Assembly: GCA_013112715.1 (NCBI GenBank)
Contig: JABFGB010000005.1
Coordinates: 192,009 to 256,008 of the forward strand
Origin: Chloroflexota bacterium
Lineage (GTDB): Bacteria; Chloroflexota; Anaerolineae; Aggregatilineales; J027
Reading direction: 5' to 3'
Length of the DNA stretch: 64,000 bases
A model generated the notes under the pieces. The model saw only the letters and a program-made list of their open reading frames with translations. It was not told where the DNA came from and searched no databases. The first letter of the stretch is position 1, and each line of letters opens with the position of its first letter. The position numbers and the translations under genes were made by a program. Of the stretch, positions 9,691 to 18,500 are shown in pieces.

Positions 9691-10296
9691 ATGGTACAAA
9701 AACTGCTCCATCATATTGTCTCTAATCCCTACGTCTACGACCGCGTGCAGCAATTAGTCGGGGCACAATTGGTACGACAGAAATTAAGCGCCTATCTTCA
9801 GCCCATTGTGCCAGATGCGGTCATTGTTGATTTAGGGGGTGGCACGGGCAACAATAGAGACCTGTTTTCACCCGATCAGCACTACATTTGCCTTGACAAT
9901 GACCAGTTAAAATTGAAGGGATTTAGGGAAAAATTCCCTAAAGATAGTGGCCTTCGCGCAGATGCCACCCGGCTTCCCCTGCAAAGTAACAGTGTAGGCC
10001 TTGTATTATGTACAGCGGTTTCTCATCATATCCCTGATGATTCACTAGACTCATTTTTTAGTGAGGCAATCCGCATCATTAAAAGTGAGGGGCGTTTTGT
10101 TTTTCTGGATGCCGTGTGGTCGCCACGCCGTCTACCCAGTCGTCTATTATGGCGCTATGATCGGGGTAGCTATCCGCGTACCCTCGAAAAACTTCAAACG
10201 ACGCTGGCACGGCACGGCCAAATCTTAGATTGGCACACATTCGCCGTTTATCATCGCTATGTTATCGCAGTTGTCGCCTCCACGAGGGTCATTTGA
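9691..10296 (+). CDS. Class I SAM-dependent methyltransferase
   Basis: Motif I VDLGGGTGNN. Length 201 aa. Confidence 0.75.
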   Translation: MVQKLLHHIVSNPYVYDRVQQLVGAQLVRQKLSAYLQPIVPDAVIVDLGGGTGNNRDLFSPDQHYICLDNDQLKLKGFREKFPKDSGLRADATRLPLQSNSVGLVLCTAVSHHIPDDSLDSFFSEAIRIIKSEGRFVFLDAVWSPRRLPSRLLWRYDRGSYPRTLEKLQTTLARHGQILDWHTFAVYHRYVIAVVASTRVI

Positions 10297-12497
10297 GCAA
10301 AAAAGCCGAACGTTACGTCCTCATCTTTATCATTGTAGGGTATTTTGTTCTTGCATGGAGTTATGCCCAAGGGCCGTTGTTTGAACCACACGACGAAGAC
10401 CTGCATTATGATTACATCCGGGTGCTGGCCCATCAACATCGTTTCCCCAACCCCTACACCAAAGAATGGTCGCAATATGCCCAGCCACCCGGCTATTACC
10501 TATTAAACGCCCCAATTCTGGCACTGCTGCCAGATCATGATTTTAAAGACCGCTATGAAGAGATGCGCAAAAATCCTTTCGCAGGTGAACTCATTGACAT
10601 TCCCCACCAGCAGAATCGCAACCAGTATCTGCATGACCGCAGCGAATCCTTCCCTTACGAAGGCAACGACACAGCACGCAATTCCCAAGTGTTGCGCTGG
10701 TTTTCGATATTGCTAGGACTGTTCACTTTATATTTCAGCTACCGGATTTATCAACTACTGTGGCCTGACCGACCCTATCGAAGGCTGTTGGCGCTTGGCA
10801 TCGTCGCGTTTTGGCCGCTTTTCGTTCGTATGTCTGGGGCGATCAATAACGATAACTTGGTCTATCTGTTGGCGACCCTCAGCCTCTATTTGGTGCTGCG
10901 CCAAATGAAGGACGGGCCGTCGCTAAAACAAAACATCATCTTAGGGATTGTGTTGGGAACTAGCCTGATGACTAAATCCTACACCGGATTTCTCGCAATC
11001 CCAGTTGGGCTTTGGGTCATCACTGATCGGCGGACTTGGCGGTACGTGCCGTTGATACTCGCGCTTACGCTGGGGATTGGGGGTTGGTGGTATGTGCGGA
11101 ACATCATCGTGTATGGAAACGCTACCTTTTACGATCACCCGCAGTTGCAAGGTTGGTGGGTGAAGTCCGGCGGCGGCTTTTCATTAAGTTATGCGTTTGA
11201 GACCTTTCCGTTGATCTTTCACCATTTCTGGGCACATTACCGCTTAATTGTCGTCCACCAACCTTTATACACCGGGTTCTATACCGTTAGCATCATTAGC
11301 ATAATCGGCATGTTATTCCAAGCGTTTCGGTTCTCGCGCGTTCTCTATCGTGAAAAGTGGTCGGTAGAACGTCGGTATGCCTTCAAACAAGGGCTGGTGG
11401 TCGTCGGATTTGTGGTGGGATCGTTTTTGATGATCTTTTATATTTGCGGCACAATCTACAGTGGTTATCAGGGCCGCTATGCGCTGGGAGCTATCGCAGG
11501 GATGGGGGCGTGCATGGCGATGGGCTTGGAGGGGTGGCTTCCGGAAAAAGTGAAACGACCTTTTGTATTGACCAGCATCTCCTTTATGGCCGCACTCTCG
11601 ATGGTCATATTCGCAGGCTACTACCGCTTTGTGTTCACCGTTTTTCCCCCACCCAACGGAATTGAACATCCTATCGTGTATCGCTATGACAATACAGTGG
11701 AACTCATCGGCGTCAAAGAGATTTCAGTGGGTGGGCAACCGGGTGACATCGTTGAGATCGAAGCCTATTGGCGGGCGTTGGGGACTGCTACCAACCCCAA
11801 CTATGTGGTATCAGTCACGGCGTTTGGCAGCACCGAGCTTCGTAAACACAGCTATCCGGGCGGTGGCAACATGATAGCGACGGATTGGCGGGCAGGGGAT
11901 GAATGGACGGAGCGCTACTATATGAAAATCCCCCGCGATGCCGAAACACAGAAGGTCTATCCACTGACCATCGGTCTATTTGATGTGGTGACGGGTTATA
12001 TCCCACCGATCACAGATGCCAATGGACAAGAGGCGTTTCCGGTGGTCGGGCGATTCATCGTACACGGGACGCCCGTCGCCAATCCCACTTATAATTACAC
12101 GCTTGGCAATATCATCGGCTTGACACCCACGGGCTTGCAACGCAACGGCGATGATATTAGCCTGTGTGTGGATTGGGTATCACTCAAGGCCACCGCCACC
12201 GATTTCCATTATTTTGTGCATGTCTATCAGGGTGAGGAGTATTTTACGCAAGCCGATGGACAACCGCGTAACAGCGATTATCCAACAGGGGCTTGGCTTC
12301 CCGGCGAAATTATCAAGGATTGCATAGTCGTTAATGCGGCTGGACTCCCCGACGATGATTGGTCGGTCAAAATCGGTCTCTATGACCCAACCAGTTTGCA
12401 GCGCCTCCCTGTGCGGGATAAGGCAGGCAATGTTCTAGCAAGTGATTGGCTTAGTTTGGCTATTGGGGAAAATGGAGTAGTTATTTCACAACCGTAG
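10293..12497 (+). CDS. GT-C (GT39/ArnT-like) membrane glycosyltransferase with two C-terminal soluble repeat domains
   Basis: About 12 TM segments, then two similar domains (...YWRALG... GLFDVVTG and ...VHVYQGEE... GLYDPTSLQRLP). TTG at 10293 overlaps the upstream TGA. ATG at 10230 would overlap the upstream gene by 67 nt. Confidence 0.65.
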   Translation: MSKKAERYVLIFIIVGYFVLAWSYAQGPLFEPHDEDLHYDYIRVLAHQHRFPNPYTKEWSQYAQPPGYYLLNAPILALLPDHDFKDRYEEMRKNPFAGELIDIPHQQNRNQYLHDRSESFPYEGNDTARNSQVLRWFSILLGLFTLYFSYRIYQLLWPDRPYRRLLALGIVAFWPLFVRMSGAINNDNLVYLLATLSLYLVLRQMKDGPSLKQNIILGIVLGTSLMTKSYTGFLAIPVGLWVITDRRTWRYVPLILALTLGIGGWWYVRNIIVYGNATFYDHPQLQGWWVKSGGGFSLSYAFETFPLIFHHFWAHYRLIVVHQPLYTGFYTVSIISIIGMLFQAFRFSRVLYREKWSVERRYAFKQGLVVVGFVVGSFLMIFYICGTIYSGYQGRYALGAIAGMGACMAMGLEGWLPEKVKRPFVLTSISFMAALSMVIFAGYYRFVFTVFPPPNGIEHPIVYRYDNTVELIGVKEISVGGQPGDIVEIEAYWRALGTATNPNYVVSVTAFGSTELRKHSYPGGGNMIATDWRAGDEWTERYYMKIPRDAETQKVYPLTIGLFDVVTGYIPPITDANGQEAFPVVGRFIVHGTPVANPTYNYTLGNIIGLTPTGLQRNGDDISLCVDWVSLKATATDFHYFVHVYQGEEYFTQADGQPRNSDYPTGAWLPGEIIKDCIVVNAAGLPDDDWSVKIGLYDPTSLQRLPVRDKAGNVLASDWLSLAIGENGVVISQP

Positions 12498-12502
12498 GGG
12501 TA

Positions 12503-13270
12503 TTAAAATTCGTTGGAGATGCGTTTTAAAAAGGCCACACTTTGCAGACGTTGTTCCAAAAGATACATGATGGTCGAGTGCAATACCTGCTCCAATTTGA
12601 AATGATTTTCGGGGCGGAGTTTTAGTTTTTTGACCTCCGCCCATTGATAGCGTGTGAAATGTCGTAAAATTTTAAAGTCATTTAGGGGCAGGCTGATCAT
12701 ATACGAATGACCAGCCGCATGAGATGCCGACACGACCCCACCATCTTCGGCACTGTAGAATTGATCTTCGGCCTGCAATTCCTCCCCGCTGACTGCACAT
12801 TCAAACAACGACGGTGCATAGCCCATCACTTCCAGCAAACGCAGTTCGAAATAGCGGGCGGCCAAGCGCAAATCTATCTCCGGTTCGCACAGCCACCCTA
12901 ACCCCGCCACCAACAACTCATACGCCCCCGCATTCTCCTCATTATCCGCCGAAAATCGGTCAATGAGTTCGGCAAACAGATTAGCATAGGCGATACGATT
13001 GAGGTCTTCATGCAAAGGGAGGAATGGCTCAATGAGATCAATCTGGGTCACAATATTAAGGTTGCGCCCCTCCCCAACAACCATCTCAACCACTGTGTAT
13101 AACTCAACGTGTCCAGCAGAACGTGAGGTGGGGCGACGGGCGCCTTTGGCAATCGCCCGAATTTTGCCGAAGTGGGGAGTAAGCAGGGTTAACAGGCGGT
13201 CAGCCTCGCCAAAATCACTGCGCCGCAAAATAACCGCCGGGGTTTTAAACGTTCGGCTACGATCCGTCAC
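12503..13270 (-). CDS. recO: DNA repair protein RecO
   Basis: N-terminal OB-fold signature AVILRRSDFGEADRLLTLLT. Length 255 aa. The cdd/recO gene order fits common bacterial synteny. Confidence 0.85.
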   Translation of the reverse strand: MTDRSRTFKTPAVILRRSDFGEADRLLTLLTPHFGKIRAIAKGARRPTSRSAGHVELYTVVEMVVGEGRNLNIVTQIDLIEPFLPLHEDLNRIAYANLFAELIDRFSADNEENAGAYELLVAGLGWLCEPEIDLRLAARYFELRLLEVMGYAPSLFECAVSGEELQAEDQFYSAEDGGVVSASHAAGHSYMISLPLNDFKILRHFTRYQWAEVKKLKLRPENHFKLEQVLHSTIMYLLEQRLQSVAFLKRISNEF

Positions 13271-13712
13271 GTTTGCCTTTCCGATTACCTACTCGCTCTT
13301 TATTGAGATTGGCGGGGCCAAAGCCTTCCGGTAGAAGCTCACGCAGGGGCTTTTGCATCAGCAGTGTGCCATCAGCATCCGCAATCAGTACCAGCATGTC
13401 GGGGTTAAACTCATTTAGCACTTGGCGGCATTCCCCACAGGGCGTGCCGCCATTTTCGGTGACGACAGCAACGGCTTGAAACGACACACAACCCTCGCTA
13501 ATTGCCTTGACCACTGCGCTACGTTCGGCACAAATCCCCACTGGGTAAGCAGCGTTTTCTACATTGCAACCTGTATAAATGTCACCATTCTCCCCCAACA
13601 AGGCTGCACCAACATAATAATGACTATACGGGGCATAAGCGCGTTGACGGACGGATTTTGCTTGTTCGATCAACTGCCGAATCGTCTCAGAGGGCAGGTT
13701 GGGTGTAGGCAT
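13257..13712 (-). CDS. cdd: Cytidine deaminase
   Basis: Zinc motifs CAERSA and PCGECRQ. Overlaps the recO start by 14 nt. Confidence 0.9.
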   Translation of the reverse strand: MPTPNLPSETIRQLIEQAKSVRQRAYAPYSHYYVGAALLGENGDIYTGCNVENAAYPVGICAERSAVVKAISEGCVSFQAVAVVTENGGTPCGECRQVLNEFNPDMLVLIADADGTLLMQKPLRELLPEGFGPANLNKERVGNRKGKRDGS

Positions 13713-15158
13713 TTAGGACTCACTTGGTTTGTTAGTTAATGAAGGGGAAGATAAGGCTTCAACAGTTGGATTAGTGCTGGTCGTCCGGCTATCTTTAGCA
13801 TGGTCGGTTGTTTCTTCGGGTTGCGGCATGACTTTCTTGACGTTCACCCGCCGTATACGTCTGCCCGTTACCGACAGTACCCGAATCACGACTTGATTGG
13901 CCGTAATCTCATCACCCGGTACTGGAACCCGCCCCAATTTTTCAAAGATGTAACCACCAAGTGTATCACTTTCCTCGGTTGGAAGCGACACGCCCAATAG
14001 ATGGTTGACGTTATCGAGGTCTATACGAGCATTAAAGACATATTCTGTGTCGCTAACTTCTTCATAAAGGGCCTCTTCCTTAAAGTCATATTCGTCCTGA
14101 ATTTCCCCAACAATTTCCTCGATCAAGTCTTCAATCGTGAGGATACCCGCCGTTCCGCCGAATTCATCCACAACATAGACCAGATGCGTTTTACGTTCTT
14201 GGAGTTCGATCAGCAGGTCACTCGCTTTTTTGGACTCTGGAATAAAATAGGCTTCACGCAGGAGGGATTGAAGGGATTCAGGCTTCTGACCGTCGCGCCA
14301 GACCTTCAATAAATCTTTGGCATACAGGCTGCCCACTATATTATCAATGGTGTCACGGTAGACCGGGATACGTGAGTGGCCTTCTGTAATGATCAAATCC
14401 AACGCTTCCTCAATGGTGGAGTCAATATCCAACGCGACAATATCAATGCGCGGAACCATGACTTCTCGGGCGAGGGTATCATCGAAGAAGCGGATGATTG
14501 AGTAAATCATCTCCTTTTCTTCGTCCTCCAAGACCCCTTCCTCTTGGCCTGCATCCACTAGGGTCTTGATTTCTTCTTCTGTGACGAGTTGACTAGCCCC
14601 GCTTCCGCCGAGGAGGGTAGCGATTTGCCCCGATATGCGCAAGATGAGCAGAATGAGAGGCGCAAAAAACCGCACCACATTGAACATGGCCCATCCTGCA
14701 ACAATCGCGTAGCGTTCGGGACGACTTGCCCCAATAACCGTAGGAATTCGATCTCCCACGACCAGCAACAGGACGCTCGTCAAGGAAACTAGCCCAATGT
14801 ATAACACACCGAGGCTAAGAGTATTATTCGTCGCTTTTTCAATTGGGTCCGTAAAAGTCGCAATTACCAGTAGCACGATGATGCTGTCGAGTACAATGGA
14901 CAAAAATTGGTATGTCGCCATTAAGCGCGTAGCATCTTCACCAAGCTTCAGGGCGCGGCTAACATGCTTCTGCCCGCTTTCGAGGCGCTCCCGTAGGAGG
15001 CTCTTGCGAGAATTGACCAATCCGCTGTAGCCCAGTGTAAGCAGCAGCTTAACGGATAGCAATACGAGCGCGGCGATTAGGCCGGTTGTAAAACTAATCT
15101 CCACAATAGTCCCTCTGAGATTGAACAACAATGGTACGGCAGCAAGACCAAAAGCCAA
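13713..15158 (-). CDS. CNNM/DUF21-CBS-CorC_HlyC family membrane protein
   Basis: N-terminal TM block, CBS pair (ARE VMVPRIDIV ... HSRIPVY), C-terminal transporter-associated domain (GGYIFEKLGRVPVPGDEI). Confidence 0.85.
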   Translation of the reverse strand: MAFGLAAVPLLFNLRGTIVEISFTTGLIAALVLLSVKLLLTLGYSGLVNSRKSLLRERLESGQKHVSRALKLGEDATRLMATYQFLSIVLDSIIVLLVIATFTDPIEKATNNTLSLGVLYIGLVSLTSVLLLVVGDRIPTVIGASRPERYAIVAGWAMFNVVRFFAPLILLILRISGQIATLLGGSGASQLVTEEEIKTLVDAGQEEGVLEDEEKEMIYSIIRFFDDTLAREVMVPRIDIVALDIDSTIEEALDLIITEGHSRIPVYRDTIDNIVGSLYAKDLLKVWRDGQKPESLQSLLREAYFIPESKKASDLLIELQERKTHLVYVVDEFGGTAGILTIEDLIEEIVGEIQDEYDFKEEALYEEVSDTEYVFNARIDLDNVNHLLGVSLPTEESDTLGGYIFEKLGRVPVPGDEITANQVVIRVLSVTGRRIRRVNVKKVMPQPEETTDHAKDSRTTSTNPTVEALSSPSLTNKPSES

Positions 15159-15372
15159 TAACTGACTTTCGGCGCTGAAAAAACAAGTAGGCCGTTAAGC
15201 AATGTAAGGGGGGTTCAGTTAAAGAAGGTTCGTTCACGCTCGTCGCGTCTTGCCTTATTAAACGCAAGTTTGCCTTTCTATTTGGCATTATATCAAGCCC
15301 CCCTGTCAGATGCAACAGAAAATGCCCTACTGTCGAATGCAAAACGACTACATCTCTGCTAGAATAAACATC

Positions 15373-16386
15373 ATGACGCAACCTGACGCATTTTCTGCAA
15401 ATTGGCCTGTGATCGGCCACAATTGGGCGATAGATCAACTCCGACGCGCCTTACAATTTGAACGTATCCGCCATGCGTATCTCATTACCGGGACTGCCAG
15501 CATCGGTAAAACCACATTGGCTTGGGCGCTTGCTACTGCACTCAACTGTCAGGGCGAGACGCCGCCATGTGGTCAATGTCGAAGCTGCAAGCTGATGGCC
15601 GCTGGCAGTCACTCGGATGTGGTGATGGTCGAAGCCGAGCAGGTTGGTGGCACACTTAAAATTGAGCAAGTGCGGGATTTGCAGTACGGGTTGGCACTTC
15701 GACCCTATGAAGGACGGTTTAAAGTTGCTATTTTGCGCCGTTTTCATGAGGCCAACCATGCCGCCCAAAACGCCTTGCTGAAAACGCTCGAAGAACCTTC
15801 CTCACAAGTCGTATTGATTCTTACGGCAGAACACGGGGATCTGCTTTTGCCTACCATCGTCTCGCGCTGCCAAGTCTTAAACCTGCGCCCACTCGGCCTA
15901 GAAGAAACCGAAACGGCCTTGCGAAATTATTGGACTGTCGAACCAGAGCAAGCGACCTTATTGGCAAGGCTATCCGGCGGGCGGATCGGTTGGGCGATTC
16001 GGAGCATCACCGACACGACGGAACTCGATCTCCGTCATGAATCTGTAAATGCGCTAGAACAGGCGATTACAGGGACACGCTATGAGCGATTTCAGTTGGC
16101 CGAAGATTTAGCCAAAGACAAGCCGACACTCTTAACCGTGCTGGATATTTGGCAGACCTATTGGCGCGATGTCTTGTTGGCGACCACTGGCAGTCAAGCC
16201 GCTCTTGTCAATATTGATCACGAATCGGCAATCCTTCAAATCGCGTCTGTCATTGTCCCGGAAGATGCTCAACGCGCCCTTGAAGCGACCCGGCGGGCCG
16301 TGACCCAGCTTGGGCAAAATGCCAATACCCGCCTCTGTATTGAAGTCCTTCTATTAGATTACCCCTTTGTTAAGCCATTTCAATGA
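15373..16386 (+). CDS. holB: DNA polymerase III delta-prime subunit
   Basis: HAYLITGTASIGKTTLA P-loop-like and zinc module CGQCRSCK. ATG at 15373 sits 7 nt after a TAGAAT box (15360-15365), so the mRNA may be leaderless. Confidence 0.8.
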   Translation: MTQPDAFSANWPVIGHNWAIDQLRRALQFERIRHAYLITGTASIGKTTLAWALATALNCQGETPPCGQCRSCKLMAAGSHSDVVMVEAEQVGGTLKIEQVRDLQYGLALRPYEGRFKVAILRRFHEANHAAQNALLKTLEEPSSQVVLILTAEHGDLLLPTIVSRCQVLNLRPLGLEETETALRNYWTVEPEQATLLARLSGGRIGWAIRSITDTTELDLRHESVNALEQAITGTRYERFQLAEDLAKDKPTLLTVLDIWQTYWRDVLLATTGSQAALVNIDHESAILQIASVIVPEDAQRALEATRRAVTQLGQNANTRLCIEVLLLDYPFVKPFQ

Positions 16387-16445
16387 TGACCTAAGCCACC
16401 TCTCCTATTAGGATTATCAAAATTACCCATTTTGCTTCTGATATA

Positions 16446-16474
16446 TTGATTAGCCGAGTTATTCGTGCTATATT
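16446..16474 (+). promoter_or_regulatory. Sigma-70-like promoter (TTGATT-17-TATATT with TGc extended -10)
   Basis: TTGATT 16446-16451, 17-nt spacer, TGC 16466-16468, TATATT 16469-16474. Implies a ~250-nt leader before ATG 16734. Confidence 0.45.
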
Positions 16475-16733
16475 GTTTTGCTAATAAAGCTACTCATGCC
16501 CGTTCCATCTTGCGGACACACGGGGGCTATTGGGTAGTTTTTTGGTTTCTATTGCACGGGGAGGTGGACTGGCAAAGTACATTGCTACTAATACGCATGT
16601 TTTAAACTGCCCAGTAGCATTTGCCTCTTGATAAACCAATAGACAAATGTGTGCTCGCGGTGGCTCATTAAGATTTACCAAACCTTAGGGTTCTCCAACC
16701 CTGAAAAACTCAATATCCTCAAAAGGTTTAACA

Positions 16734-17519
16734 ATGGCCGAGCACAATAATCTGTATCAACGTGCAATCTATTATGATGTGATTTTTGACCGTGACGTAA
16801 GCCGCGAAGTCGAATTCTTGAAAGAAGTCTACCACCAGATCGTAGGCCGTGATCTGCAATCTGTCTTAGATTTGGCCTGTGGGCCGGGGTATCACGCCCG
16901 TGCTTTCGCCAAACAAGGCTATCGCGCCGTAGGGCTTGATTTGCGCCCGGAGATGATCGAATTTGCCCAAGACAAAGCCCGTGAAGTAGGGGCGGTTGTG
17001 GAATGGGTAGCGGCGGACATGACTAATTTCCGTTTAGATCAACCCGTAGATTTCGCATTTTGTATGTTCGACAGCATGGACTGTCTGACTACCAATGAGC
17101 AAATCTTGAATCATTTTCGGGCGATGGGCGATAACCTCACCCATAATGGCTTGTATTTGGTAGATTTAAACCATCCCACAAGTTGCTCCATCGGCGTCTA
17201 TGAGCCGTTTTGTTATGCTGGTCAGCGCGATGGCATCTCTGCCGAAATTCGTTGGGCCGAAACCCCGCCGCAAATTGATATGATCGCAGGCGTGGCACAC
17301 ACCACCCTTGAGATGAGAGTAAAGGATAACGGAAAGGAAATGGTCATTACCGACCATGCCCAAGAGCGACTGCTCACCCCGCAGGAATTGCAGTTGTTCG
17401 CCGAACTTTCTGGTACATTGAAGGTTGTCGGTTGGTATGGTGATTTTGATCTCAACCAGCCTTTTTCAAGTTCACCCCCATCACGACGTATGATCGTCAT
17501 ATTTCAGAAAAGGAGTTAA
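16734..17519 (+). CDS. Class I SAM-dependent methyltransferase
   Basis: Motif I VLDLACGPGYHA and acidic loop GLDLRPEM. Confidence 0.8.
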   Translation: MAEHNNLYQRAIYYDVIFDRDVSREVEFLKEVYHQIVGRDLQSVLDLACGPGYHARAFAKQGYRAVGLDLRPEMIEFAQDKAREVGAVVEWVAADMTNFRLDQPVDFAFCMFDSMDCLTTNEQILNHFRAMGDNLTHNGLYLVDLNHPTSCSIGVYEPFCYAGQRDGISAEIRWAETPPQIDMIAGVAHTTLEMRVKDNGKEMVITDHAQERLLTPQELQLFAELSGTLKVVGWYGDFDLNQPFSSSPPSRRMIVIFQKRS

Positions 17520-17522
17520 TAA

Positions 17523-18065
17523 ATGAACGAACTCGACGACCACCCTAGCTCATACCTCTCACCCAAACTAGAGGGGCGTGTGTTCCCTGAAAAGGGCGGT
17601 CATGGTGCTTTTGCCCGCGAATTGATTCAGGCCGGAGAAGTTATTTCGGTCTGGGGTGGAAAAGCTATGACAAGGGCGGAAGTTGCCCGGCTCAATAATC
17701 CAGCGATAACGACACTTGCCGTCCAGATTGATGAGGACATCTTTCTGGTAACGACGAAGGAGGGTCCCGGCGATTGGGTCAACCATTCGTGCGAGCCAAA
17801 TGCTGGTTTGCAAGGGCAAGTGACTTTAGTCGCCATGCGCGACATTCAACCCGGCGAAGAGGTTTGTTTTGACTATGCCATGACCGATGGGTCAGTATAT
17901 GATGAATTTACCTGCGCCTGTGGATCGCCTAAATGCCGGGGATACGTCAGCGGCAATGATTGGCAAATTCCAGAACTATGGGAACGCTACAACGGGTATT
18001 TTTCACCCTATCTGCAAAAAAGAATTGAGCGTCTCCGCGAAGAAGCAACCGTTTCGGCTGTTTAA
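17523..18065 (+). CDS. SET-domain protein (putative lysine methyltransferase)
   Basis: NHSCEPNA, FDYAMTDG, and post-SET-like Cys cluster CACGSPKCRGY. Confidence 0.8.
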   Translation: MNELDDHPSSYLSPKLEGRVFPEKGGHGAFARELIQAGEVISVWGGKAMTRAEVARLNNPAITTLAVQIDEDIFLVTTKEGPGDWVNHSCEPNAGLQGQVTLVAMRDIQPGEEVCFDYAMTDGSVYDEFTCACGSPKCRGYVSGNDWQIPELWERYNGYFSPYLQKRIERLREEATVSAV

Positions 18066-18075
18066 TGCCTCAAGA

Positions 18076-18110
18076 AAGGGCTGGCATAGGTTTGTCAGCC
18101 CTTCATCTTT
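18076..18110 (+). terminator. Possible intrinsic terminator after the SET gene
   Basis: 8-bp stem aagggctg (18076-18083) / cagccctt (18096-18103), followed by catcttt. Confidence 0.4.
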
Positions 18111-18321
18111 GGCAAATGGCCGATGAGAATGGTTGTGCAAAATACCGAATGTCGCTCAAGAATGGGCTTTTAATCTTACAATAACTTTTTTGACCATTTT
18201 GCACCCAAATTGTATCTATATTGACATTTTGCACTATACGTTGATGGCATTTGTCAATATTGACTAGATTCGTTGAGTTTCTCCCCCTACCTGCCCTATC
18301 ATCTTTAACAATAACCGTAAA

Positions 18322-18348
18322 CCAGCCTCGACTGAGGGTGGGTTTTTT
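18322..18348 (+). terminator. Terminator-like hairpin plus T6 inside the gltB upstream region
   Basis: ccagcctc (18322-18329), loop gact, gagggtgg (18334-18341) with one mismatch, then tttttt (18343-18348). Lies ~150 nt upstream of the gltB ATG. Confidence 0.45.
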
Positions 18349-18500
18349 GCCCCCCAATTCCGGTTGGTTGTTCGTACCTCTTTTCACAATTCACAAAATT
18401 ATCATGTGCAAAGAGCAGCGAAAATCCGGCCAGTTAAGCCAAAGGAAACGGAACTAATTTGAAGACTTAGGGTTCTTTATTATCTTGCGAGGGCAGCACC

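Noticed and set aside
16546-16643. Possible SAM-I (S-box) riboswitch. GAGGTGGACTGGC and CTCTTGATAA are reminiscent of S-box core strings.
   Set aside because: The order and strand of the elements do not reproduce the S-box architecture. The TTATCAAGAG string is on the minus strand, where no downstream gene exists. The GAGGGA/GCAACC core positions are not matched. I kept it only as an unclassified structured leader.
18251-18457. 68-aa ORF in the gltB upstream region
   Set aside because: It spans a terminator-like hairpin, has no RBS, and its composition is consistent with non-coding sequence.
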